This document shows positions 8,253-16,803 of a DNA stretch of 17,345 nt, one piece after another (position 1 is the stretch's first letter; every line of letters begins with the position of its first letter). Origin of the DNA: a bacterium (GTDB lineage: Bacteria; CALINM01); assembly GCA_041640455.1 (NCBI GenBank), contig JBEQAF010000043.1, positions 1 through 17,345 on the forward strand. Reading direction: 5' to 3'. The translations under genes were made by a program, and so were the position numbers. Under the pieces are notes generated by a model. The model was not told the origin of the DNA, made no database searches, and worked only from the letters and a program-made list of their open reading frames with translations.

Positions 8253-9374
8253 ATGCCGGAAGATATTCAAAGCTCAGGGTTAAGTATCCAGACGCTATTA
8301 AGAATTTTAATTGAAAAGGGCGGCTCAGATCTGCATATTACCATAGGTAGTAAGCCTCAAATTAGAGTCGATGGGGATCTCATGCCGCTTGAGGAGTTTC
8401 CTGTTTTAACGCCCGTTGACACAAAAACACTTTGCTATAGCATACTTACAGAGAGCCAGAAACATAAGTTTGAAGAAGAAAATGAGCTTGATTTCTCTTT
8501 TGGAATAAAAAACCTTTCAAGATTTAGGGGCAATCTGTTTTACCAGAGAGGATCCATTGCCGGTGTTTTTAGAACAATCCCCTATAAGATAATGAGCTTT
8601 GAAGAGCTGGGACTTCCTCCCATAGTGGCTGAGCTTGCGGATAAGACGAAAGGGCTCATACTTGTCACAGGAGCCACCGGCTCAGGTAAATCAACCACAT
8701 TAGCAACCATAATAGATAAAATTAATAGAGAAAGAAAAGAACATATTATAACCATAGAAGATCCTATCGAATTTTTACACCCCCATAAAAACTGTATAGT
8801 TAATCAGAGAGAGATAGGTTCAGATAGTAAGAATTTCCAGATGGCGCTTAAACATATACTGAGACAGGATCCGGATGTGGTGCTGGTAGGAGAGCTAAGA
8901 GATAAAGAGACCATTGAAGCGGCATTAACGATAGCAGAGACAGGCCATCTTTGCTTAGCTACCCTGCATACCAACAGTGCTGTGCAGACCATTAACAGAA
9001 TAATCGATGTTTTTCCGCCCCATCAGCAACCCCAGATCAGGGCACAGCTATCCTTTGTTCTGGAAGGGATTCTCTGTCAGCAGCTATTACCCAAAATGGG
9101 AGGCAAGGGCAGGGTGATGGCAATGGAGATACTGGTGCCCAATCCGGCTATCAGAAATCTAATTAGAGAGGATAAATTACATCAGGTTTATTCACAGATG
9201 CAGATGGGACAGATAAAATCTGGGATGCAGACCATGAATCAGGCATTATGCGGGCTGATTCAGAGAAGATTAATTAGCCTTGAAAACGGAATGATATACA
9301 GTCCAGATCCTGAAGAGCTTAAACAGCTACTTTCAGGTGCGTCAGCAAGACCTCAGCAACCTTTAAGGAGGTAA
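8253..9374 (+). CDS. pilT: Type IV pilus retraction ATPase PilT
   Basis: GSDLHI, Walker A GATGSGKST, TIEDPIE, RQDPDVVLVGELRD, ETGHLCLATLH and the PilT-diagnostic AIRNLIRE motif. Confidence 0.96.
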   Translation: MPEDIQSSGLSIQTLLRILIEKGGSDLHITIGSKPQIRVDGDLMPLEEFPVLTPVDTKTLCYSILTESQKHKFEEENELDFSFGIKNLSRFRGNLFYQRGSIAGVFRTIPYKIMSFEELGLPPIVAELADKTKGLILVTGATGSGKSTTLATIIDKINRERKEHIITIEDPIEFLHPHKNCIVNQREIGSDSKNFQMALKHILRQDPDVVLVGELRDKETIEAALTIAETGHLCLATLHTNSAVQTINRIIDVFPPHQQPQIRAQLSFVLEGILCQQLLPKMGGKGRVMAMEILVPNPAIRNLIREDKLHQVYSQMQMGQIKSGMQTMNQALCGLIQRRLISLENGMIYSPDPEELKQLLSGASARPQQPLRR

Positions 9375-9383
9375 TCAGATTAG

Positions 9384-10577
9384 ATGCCAACCTATAGCTG
9401 GCAGGGGAAAAACAGGGCAGGAAGACTAATTAAGGGTAAGCTGGAGGCAAAAAATTTAGAAGATGCAAGAAAACAGCTTGAAAATCAGCTTATTACGCCC
9501 ATCAAGATTGAAGAGTCAAAAGAAAAAACCAAAAAAACAAAAGTCCCTATAAAAGACCTGGTAGTTTTTACCAGACAGTTTTCAACAATGATTGATGCTG
9601 GATTGTCACTGGTTCAAAGTCTTGATATACTTGCATCCCAGCAACCCACAAAGGCATTTAAAGAGGTTCTTCTTACTGTCAAGGCAGATGTTGAGCAGGG
9701 AACAACCCTTGCAGATGCATTAAAAAAACATCCGAAAGTTTTTGATGAGTTATATGTAGGGTTGGTGGCAGCAGGTGAGCTGGGTGGTATGCTTGACACA
9801 ATTCTTAACAGGCTTGCGGCATACATGGAAAAGGCAGAAAAGCTGAAAAAAAGAGTAAAAGGCGCCCTTACCTATCCGATTGCTGTTATTGGTATCGCAG
9901 TTATAGTTGTTGCAGTAATTTTAATCTTTGTTATCCCTGTATTCCAGAAAATGTTTGCTGACTTTGGCGGTGAGCTTCCCGCTCCCACACAGTTTGTTAT
10001 AAATCTCAGTGAGGGGTTAAAAAAATACGGCATCTTTGTCGCAATAGGTATCTTTATGATTATTTCTGCCATTAAAAAATACTATGGAACACCAAAGGGA
10101 CGCAGGCAGATAGATGCCCTAATGCTAAAAGTTCCCATCTTTTCCGATATTATCAGAAAAAGTGGCGTGGCGAGGTTTACAAGAACACTTGGCACCATGA
10201 TCCAGAGCGGTGTTCAGATACTTGACGCGATGGATATTGTAGCAAAAACTGCTGGCAACAAGATTATTGAAGAGGCAATAATTAATGCTAAGGTTTCCAT
10301 ATCACAGGGTAAGACCATAGCTGAGCCCATAGGCGCAAGCGGTGTGTTTCCACCTATGGTGGTTCAGATGATATCTGTTGGTGAGGCAACGGGAGCAATG
10401 GATACCATGCTCAATAAAATTGCTGATTTTTATGAGGATGAGGTGGATGCAGCAGTAGATGCACTAACTGCTATGTTAGAGCCATTGCTCATGGTTGTGC
10501 TGGGAAGCGTGCTTGGTGGGCTGATTGTATCCATGTATCTGCCCATATTCAAGCTTGCGGGAGCAGCTGGAGGATAA
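9384..10577 (+). CDS. pilC: Type IV pilus inner-membrane platform protein PilC (GspF family)
   Basis: FTRQFSTMIDAG, AGELGGMLD, ALTYP, VGEATGAMDTML, LEPL and MYLPIF; two GspF domains; SD AAGGAGG. Confidence 0.95.
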   Translation: MPTYSWQGKNRAGRLIKGKLEAKNLEDARKQLENQLITPIKIEESKEKTKKTKVPIKDLVVFTRQFSTMIDAGLSLVQSLDILASQQPTKAFKEVLLTVKADVEQGTTLADALKKHPKVFDELYVGLVAAGELGGMLDTILNRLAAYMEKAEKLKKRVKGALTYPIAVIGIAVIVVAVILIFVIPVFQKMFADFGGELPAPTQFVINLSEGLKKYGIFVAIGIFMIISAIKKYYGTPKGRRQIDALMLKVPIFSDIIRKSGVARFTRTLGTMIQSGVQILDAMDIVAKTAGNKIIEEAIINAKVSISQGKTIAEPIGASGVFPPMVVQMISVGEATGAMDTMLNKIADFYEDEVDAAVDALTAMLEPLLMVVLGSVLGGLIVSMYLPIFKLAGAAGG

Positions 10578-10590
10578 TCTTCTCTTATAT

Positions 10591-12186
10591 ATGCCTCTTT
10601 CTTATCCGATCTCGGTTGATAAAATCAGAAAAGTCTCTTTTTTCAGATCTGTTATCGCCTTTGCCGCCTTAATATTATTAATATATTGGCAGTACAAGCT
10701 GGAAGGAATAGCTGAGACCAGGATTTTCTTTGGTATTCTAATATTTATCTTCGGTATTTCAATAGTTTATGGATTGCTTCTAATCTTTCTTAAAAAGTTC
10801 CTTTTAACATTATCTATCATCCAGATAATAGTGGATTATCTGACCATATCTTTTATAGTGGCAAAGACTGGTGGTGTTGATAGCCCCTTTATATTTTTCT
10901 ACGTTCTACCTGTTCTGGAATCCGGTATATTTTTTGGTAAGAACGGCTCATATCTCGCCACATTTCTGAACCTGTTTTTTTTAGGATTCGGATTCATTCT
11001 ACAGTACAATAGATTATTCCCCTATTTTGAATTCCATAGAGAATACAATAAAGAAACCTTTCTTTATTACTTCTCTATTTTCTCCCTTGGCTTTCTTGTA
11101 TTGGGACTTCTGATAGCCTATCTTAATGATGAAACAAGAAAAGCAAGGGAGAGTCTTAAGGAAAGCGAAGATAAGTATCTGGATCTGGAAAATTTAAAAA
11201 GCGCCATAATTCAGTGTATAGACAGCGGGCTTATGATAGTAACAGCTAATGAGAATATTTATGCCATAAACGATGTAGCAAAAAGAATTCTTGATAAACT
11301 GGGTATAAAGGAAAAAGATTTTTATGATTTTTACAAAAATGAGATAGCAGGACTATTTGAAAACAGGCAGGTGGTAAAAAGTGAAAAAAGGATAAAGAAG
11401 TCCGATAAAATATCCTATATCGGCGCATCGCTGGCTCCTCTGTATGACCACAGTGGGGAGATGGCAGGTGTTTTGATTAATTTTACTGATATTACTGAGA
11501 AAAAAGCTATGGAGGAGAAGCTGAGAATAGAAGACAAATTTGCTTTTTTGGGAAAGCTCTCTACTGTAATAGCCCATGAGATTAAAAATCCACTGGCATC
11601 CATAAAAGGTAGTATTAATTTTTTAAAAGAGCTAACAGATGGGCGGGATGAGTTAGATAAAATGCTTGAAATCTCTTCTCGGGAGCTCGACCGGCTTAAC
11701 GAGGTAATCAACAACTTTCTTCTTTATTCTCGCATTATGCCTCTGCAGATTTCAAACGTTTATCTTAAAAATCTTATTGATGAGGTATGGTTTGAGATAA
11801 GCTTTACACTGGAAGACAGGGACAGATATAATTATACTTATGAAGGTGATGAGATTGTCTTTAAGGGAGATCCCAATCAGTTAAGGCAGGTATTTTTAAA
11901 CCTGTTTCTTAACTCATTGGATGTGCTTAAAGAAAAAGAGGGCGGTAATATTACCGTTCGCGCCACCAGAGATGATAAGGGTGTTGTTATAGAGATTGAA
12001 GATGATGGCGGAGGAATCAAAGAAGAGCTAATAAACAAAATTTTTGACCCCTTTTTTACCACAAAAAAATCAGGAACAGGACTTGGGCTTGCCATTGTCT
12101 ATAAAATTATAGACGAGCATGGAGGGCAGATATTTGTGTCAAACACTCCGAAGGGTGCAAAATTTACCATAAGGTTAGGGCTATGA
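10591..12186 (+). CDS. pilS: Membrane sensor histidine kinase, PilS-like
   Basis: About 6 TM segments with TGGVDSPF, PAS-like region, H-box AHEIKNPL, N-box QVFLNLFLNS, DDGGGI, FDPFFTTK, GTGLGL; lies between pilC and pilR. Start moved from 10525 (inside pilC) to the ATG at 10591; exact start uncertain. Confidence 0.85.
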   Translation: MPLSYPISVDKIRKVSFFRSVIAFAALILLIYWQYKLEGIAETRIFFGILIFIFGISIVYGLLLIFLKKFLLTLSIIQIIVDYLTISFIVAKTGGVDSPFIFFYVLPVLESGIFFGKNGSYLATFLNLFFLGFGFILQYNRLFPYFEFHREYNKETFLYYFSIFSLGFLVLGLLIAYLNDETRKARESLKESEDKYLDLENLKSAIIQCIDSGLMIVTANENIYAINDVAKRILDKLGIKEKDFYDFYKNEIAGLFENRQVVKSEKRIKKSDKISYIGASLAPLYDHSGEMAGVLINFTDITEKKAMEEKLRIEDKFAFLGKLSTVIAHEIKNPLASIKGSINFLKELTDGRDELDKMLEISSRELDRLNEVINNFLLYSRIMPLQISNVYLKNLIDEVWFEISFTLEDRDRYNYTYEGDEIVFKGDPNQLRQVFLNLFLNSLDVLKEKEGGNITVRATRDDKGVVIEIEDDGGGIKEELINKIFDPFFTTKKSGTGLGLAIVYKIIDEHGGQIFVSNTPKGAKFTIRLGL

Positions 12187-13565
12187 CAGGAAATGTGGTA
12201 GTTGTTGATGATGATAGAAGTTTAAGGGAGATGCTGGAGATAATACTGAGAAAAGAGGGGCATAATATAAAAAGTTTTGAGGATGGAGCCCTTGCCTATG
12301 ATTGGCTAAAAGAAAACTATGAGAATATTGATGTGGTAATCTCTGATATTCTTATGCCCAGACTGGATGGGATTGGTCTGCTGGAAAAGATAAAAGAACT
12401 GGATAAGGATATCTGTGTATTGATGATAACCGCCCATACCAGGGTAGATTATGCCATTGAAGCTTTAAAAAAGGGTGCATATGACTACATCACCAAGCCC
12501 TTTAATAATGATGAGCTTAAGATAATCGTTAGAAATGCCATTGAAAGAAGAAACCTGACAAAAGAGAATATAAAATTAAGATCTGCTTTAGAAGATAATA
12601 AAAGCTCAATAATTTTTAAAAGTAAGATTATGGGAGAGCTTTATCTTAAAGCCCTTTCTGTTGCCCGAACAAATTCTACAGTACTTATAACAGGCGAAAG
12701 CGGCACAGGAAAAGAGCTTTTTGCAAGATTAATTCACAATGAGAGCGACAGAAGGAATAACCCCTTTTTTCCTGTAAACTGTGGAGCCATCCCCGAAAAC
12801 CTTATGGAAAGCGAGTTTTTTGGATATGAAAGGGGGGCATTTACTGGTGCCAGTACATCAAAGGCAGGGTATTTTGAGCTTGCTCATAAAGGCACGATCT
12901 TTCTGGATGAGATAGGAGAGCTTCCACTGGCTTTGCAGGTAAAGCTATTAAGGGTCCTTGAGGATAAGCTGGTTATGAGGATAGGTGCTAAAGATGCCAT
13001 ACCGGTAGATGTAAGGGTTATTGCCGCCACAAACAGGGATCTGGAATCCATGGTTTCCAAAGGAGAGTTCAGGGATGATCTTTTTTACAGATTGAATATA
13101 GTCAGGCTTTATATACCACCCTTAAGAGAGAGGAAAGAAGATATTTTATCCTTGGCAATGCACTTTTTAAAAAAATGCTGTGTGGTAACAAATAAGAATA
13201 TAAAAGGTTTTTCCAAGGATGCCCTTTCATTTCTCGAATCATACAGCTATCCCGGGAATGTGAGAGAGCTGCAGAATATTATTGAAAGAGCCTGTGTTTT
13301 TGAGACCGGTGAGCTGGTAGGGGTAGGCAATCTACCTATTGAAGTATTGCAGAAAAAAGATACTGAAGTAACAGATCTTAAAAGCAAAAGGGATGAGATA
13401 GATTTTTCAGAGTTTGATCTTGACAGCTATCTGGGGAAGATTGAAAAAGACCTGATTGAAAGGGCTCTTAAAAAGTCAAACGGAAATAAGAAAGAGGCGG
13501 CGGACATGCTTGGTATAACTCTCTGGTCTCTCTATCACAGGCTGGAAAAGTTTGGGCTTAAATAA
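12183..13565 (+). CDS. pilR: Sigma54-dependent response regulator, PilR-like (receiver-AAA+-Fis HTH)
   Basis: Receiver VVDDD / SDILMP / KPF; GESGTGKE, ESEFFG, GAFTGA, FLDEIGE, YPGNVRELQN; C-terminal HTH; ATGA overlap with pilS. Confidence 0.87.
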   Translation: MTGNVVVVDDDRSLREMLEIILRKEGHNIKSFEDGALAYDWLKENYENIDVVISDILMPRLDGIGLLEKIKELDKDICVLMITAHTRVDYAIEALKKGAYDYITKPFNNDELKIIVRNAIERRNLTKENIKLRSALEDNKSSIIFKSKIMGELYLKALSVARTNSTVLITGESGTGKELFARLIHNESDRRNNPFFPVNCGAIPENLMESEFFGYERGAFTGASTSKAGYFELAHKGTIFLDEIGELPLALQVKLLRVLEDKLVMRIGAKDAIPVDVRVIAATNRDLESMVSKGEFRDDLFYRLNIVRLYIPPLRERKEDILSLAMHFLKKCCVVTNKNIKGFSKDALSFLESYSYPGNVRELQNIIERACVFETGELVGVGNLPIEVLQKKDTEVTDLKSKRDEIDFSEFDLDSYLGKIEKDLIERALKKSNGNKKEAADMLGITLWSLYHRLEKFGLK

Positions 13566-14580
13566 TCCTTATATAGCTTCCGTCAAAGGCAGTTGTCTCA
13601 CCGATTTTTACAGGAAAATCTCCTGCATTAGTAATTTTTTCAATTAATTCATTGGTATATGATTTCTCTGAAAATATCATCAAACCACCCGATGTTTCTG
13701 GTGATGAAAGCATGAGGACTTTCTCTGATTCTCCGTTTACATTGGGCAACACATAATCTCTATTTCTGTATGCCCCGGCAGGTATAAGTCCGAAGCTTAG
13801 ATAATCAAAAAAACCCTCCATGAAAGGAACGGAGTTGAAATCAATTATGGATGTTATATGGCTTGCCCTCGAAACCTCTAAAAGATGTCCTATGAGCCCG
13901 AAGCCGGTAATGTCTGTCACTGTCGATACTTGATTAAAATTAATTGCATTGATTGCATATTTATTTAAACGAGTCATGTGAGAAATCATAGCTCTTTTAT
14001 GAACATCTGATATCATCTCACCCTTTAGCGCTGAGCTTACTATGCCTCCGCCCACAGGCTTGGTGATAATAATATCAAGCCCCTCTTTAGCTCCACTATT
14101 AACAAAAATCTTATCTTTCGATCTGCCAAGAACGGAGAGACCATATTTAATCTCTTTATCAGTTATTGTATGGCCACCTATAATATCTACCTGCGCTTCA
14201 TCTATCTTAGACTTTCCGCCCTCCAGTATCTCCTTTAGAATGCCTATGTCAAGACAGTCTACGGGGAAGCAGGTTATGTTTAAAGCTGAAAGCGGTTCTC
14301 CGCCCATAGCGTATATATCCGATAAAGAGTTTGCCGCTGCAATCTGTCCGAATATAAACGGGTCATCAACAATAGGAGTAATAAAATCGACTGTCTGAAG
14401 AAGTTTTATCCCCCCCACATCTATAACACCGCAGTCGTCTGAATCGTTAATACCAACCACGACTCTATCGCTAAGACGGTAGTTTATTCCTTTCATGAGC
14501 TGAGACAGGTCCGCCGGACCCATTTTTGCTGCTCAACCTGCAGCGGTAGCAAAGTTAAGAATATTAATCTTTTCTGACAT
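13558..14580 (-). CDS. selD: Selenide, water dikinase SelD, selenocysteine-containing (UGA at codon 16; 340 aa)
   Basis: ATG at 14580 preceded by SD-like AAGAGGG; reads MSEKINILNFATAAG-(TGA, 14535-14533)-AAKMGPADL, in frame with the 321-aa ORF. Body motifs QTVDFITPIVDDPFIFGQIAAANSLSDIYAMGG, GGHT, TDITGFGLIGH, TSGGL. Confidence 0.95.
14498..14538 (-). promoter_or_regulatory. Putative bacterial SECIS element of selD
   Basis: mRNA GGU-UGA-GCAGCAAAAAUG-GGUCC-GGC-GGACC-UGU-CUCAGCU. Apical stem GGUCC/GGACC with a G-initiated loop starting 18 nt after UGA; possible lower stem GGUUGAG/CUCAGCU. Paired by eye, not folded computationally. Confidence 0.75.
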
Positions 14581-14590
14581 AATTGCCCTC

Positions 14591-16042
14591 TTATTTTGTT
14601 GGCAATGGCGCAGAGCTTAACAGGTATTTAATATCCTCGTCTTCAAACTTTATTCCACCGCCAAGGAAAAAACTTCTCCTGTGCCTGTCGCTAATAATAT
14701 CGTCTATGCCTCCAGTCAAAAAGAGGTATTTGAATAGATTATATTGCAAGGAGAGCTTTAGGTTAGGGCTATATTTTCTATCAAAATTGTATAGCTCAGC
14801 AGAATACTTCCATTTATCATTTTTCCCATAATAATCAAGACCGACTCCTCCAGTACCTTCAAAAAGCCCACCTCTGAACTCTAAATTATGAAACTTCTTT
14901 CCAATCTGGGCATTAATCTGAACACTTTTCTCCTTTTCTTTTTCTGTGATCATGGTAGTAGTGCCAGTAGGTGTGGTTGTTGTTTGGGTTTCTCTCGAAA
15001 ATTTGCCGTAGGGTGTATCAACTCCGCCAATGATGTAGAAAAAGTCAGGTTTGGGATAAATCTTTAAATTAACCTGAGAACGGGAGTCCTTTATCCGTTC
15101 CAGATATTCGCTTTTAAACTCAAAAAAAGTTCTTATAGAATCAGCCTTTGAAATCATCTTGTTGAGACCTGTAAGAGTTTTATTAAGATTTTCGTGAGCA
15201 GAATCTTCATTTATGAGTTTGCCTAAGGTGCCCTGACCTTTATCAATCTTTTCAGATACGCTTTTTAATGAGATTAAGGTCTCGTCCATCTTTTCTGATG
15301 CAGATCTTAAATTTTCAAGACTGTCTTTTAGATTTTCCCTATTTTCCCCGATGATGTCCTTAAGATTTTTTGATATCTCCTTTAGCTCTGCAGCGATTTC
15401 AGGTGTCCTGTCTGCCAGTGTTTCTGAAAATTTTTCCAGATTTTTAACTGTATTGGAAAGACTATCGTCGTTCTTTTTAACAAGATTATTGAGATTATTT
15501 GAAAGATCATAAAGATTTCTGAATATGCCTTTAAGCAGACGCTCCCCTTCCTCACCGCCCATGGTCTTTCTGAGATTAGATGAAACCTCCTTTATATCTG
15601 CTATGACCGAGTCTACATGCTCTATAAACTTGTCAAGATCCATCGTCCTTCTGACATTTAAAATTTCGCCGTTTTTAGGTATGGTCTCATCAACAGTGCC
15701 AGGCTCCAGCTCCACAAACTTCTCTCCCAGCACTCCTTTTGTTTTAATAATAGCGCTGGCATCTTTTTTGAGAGATATACCCTCACTAAGCTCAAGAGTA
15801 ACCTTTGCTTTATTTCCATCAAGGGTAACATTTTTTACTCTTCCTACAGTTACACCGGCAATCTGAACTGCCCCACCCTCATCAAGCCCTTCTGCATTAG
15901 TAAAGTAAACAAAAACATCATAGGTTTTGCCTGCGCCGAACATTTTGAACTTGCCAACCTTCAGGGACATGAAGATCAGTATAATGCAGGCAATAAAGAC
16001 AAAAATCCCCACCTTAAACTCTGTAGAGTACGAATTATTCAT
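14591..16042 (-). CDS. mlaD: Elongated MCE/MlaD-family protein (TM, MCE domain, long helical region, beta-rich C-terminal domain)
   Basis: EFKVGIFV TM anchor; MCE motifs FTNAEGLDEGGAVQIAGVTVGRV and TKGVLGEKFVELEPG; helical aa ~134-300 with GQGTLGKLIN; follows mlaE and mlaF. Confidence 0.9.
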   Translation of the reverse strand: MNNSYSTEFKVGIFVFIACIILIFMSLKVGKFKMFGAGKTYDVFVYFTNAEGLDEGGAVQIAGVTVGRVKNVTLDGNKAKVTLELSEGISLKKDASAIIKTKGVLGEKFVELEPGTVDETIPKNGEILNVRRTMDLDKFIEHVDSVIADIKEVSSNLRKTMGGEEGERLLKGIFRNLYDLSNNLNNLVKKNDDSLSNTVKNLEKFSETLADRTPEIAAELKEISKNLKDIIGENRENLKDSLENLRSASEKMDETLISLKSVSEKIDKGQGTLGKLINEDSAHENLNKTLTGLNKMISKADSIRTFFEFKSEYLERIKDSRSQVNLKIYPKPDFFYIIGGVDTPYGKFSRETQTTTTPTGTTTMITEKEKEKSVQINAQIGKKFHNLEFRGGLFEGTGGVGLDYYGKNDKWKYSAELYNFDRKYSPNLKLSLQYNLFKYLFLTGGIDDIISDRHRRSFFLGGGIKFEDEDIKYLLSSAPLPTK

Positions 16043-16801
16043 CTAATCTCCAGCTGTAATAGGTCCTTTTGCTCTTCCTTCCAGAAACTGTTTAAGAACC
16101 GGATTATTGATTTCTCTCATCTCCTCGGGCGTTCCTTCGGCAATTATGTTTCCATTATAAAGCATAGCAATTTTATGGGCAATCTTAAAGGTAGATTTTA
16201 TATCATGGCTTATCACAATGCAGGTCACATTCAATTTTTCTTGAATATTTACTATAAGATTGTCTATAACATCAGACATGACCGGATCCAGCCCGCTTGT
16301 GGGCTCATCAAAAAGAATTACCTCAGGGTCAGTTATTATGGCTCTCGCAAGCCCTGCTCTTTTTCTCATCCCACCAGATATCTCTGAAGGGAACTTTTTC
16401 TCAGCACCTCTAAGCCCCACCAGTCCCATTACATGATCCACCTTTTCATATATCTCTTTGGGGGATAATCTTGTGTGCTCAAAAAGAGGAAATCCGATAT
16501 TGTCGGCAATGTTCAGGGAATCAAAAAGAGCACCTTCCTGAAAAAGCATGCCCAGCCTCTTTCTTACCGAGTTAAGAGCTTTTTCATCGGCAGATACAAT
16601 ATCAATCCCGTCAAATATTATCTGACCAGCATCAGGTTTTATAAGCCCTATTATGTGTTTAAGGAGTACGCTCTTTCCTCCACCGCTTCTCCCGATAATA
16701 ACTGTTATCTTCCCCCTCGGTATGGATAGGTTTAGATCCTGCAAAACCTGCTGGTTACCAAACTTTTTGAAAAGATTCTTTATCTCTATTATATTTTCCA
16801 T
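16043..16801 (-). CDS. mlaF: MlaF/Mkl-family ABC transporter ATP-binding protein
   Basis: Walker A GRSGGGKS, GMLFQEGALFDSL, signature ISGGMRKR, Walker B ILFDEPTSGLDP, ISHD; stop abuts the mlaD start (TAGATG). Confidence 0.93.
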   Translation of the reverse strand: MENIIEIKNLFKKFGNQQVLQDLNLSIPRGKITVIIGRSGGGKSVLLKHIIGLIKPDAGQIIFDGIDIVSADEKALNSVRKRLGMLFQEGALFDSLNIADNIGFPLFEHTRLSPKEIYEKVDHVMGLVGLRGAEKKFPSEISGGMRKRAGLARAIITDPEVILFDEPTSGLDPVMSDVIDNLIVNIQEKLNVTCIVISHDIKSTFKIAHKIAMLYNGNIIAEGTPEEMREINNPVLKQFLEGRAKGPITAGD

Positions 16802-16803
16802 TT

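Noticed and set aside
10525..10590. ORF-track start of pilS (MYPCICPYSS...)
   Set aside because: It overlaps pilC by 53 nt in another frame; the ATG at 10591 just after the pilC stop is more plausible.
12889..12905. Possible sigma54 -24/-12 sites (AGGCACGATCTTTCT in pilR; also TGGCAC near 5397 and 10190)
   Set aside because: None has the conserved GC at -12, and all are inside coding sequence.
13681..13710. SelD C-terminal motif SPETSGGL rather than DPQTSGGL
   Set aside because: Other catalytic motifs are intact; without an alignment I cannot tell this from ordinary family variation.
13558..14523. selD as a 321-aa protein or as a nonsense pseudogene
   Set aside because: That start omits the catalytic U/C-x-x-K motif. 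The upstream ATG has an SD, and the TGA lies at the Sec position followed by a SECIS-like hairpin.
1402..16729. Small ORF-track ORFs of 60-118 aa (e.g. 2109-2465, 2684-2953, 4425-4706, 4677-5030, 11415-11714, 14042-14398, 14583-14831, 15525-15866, 16475-16729)
   Set aside because: All lie within or antisense to well-supported genes and show no recognisable motifs; treated as shadow ORFs.
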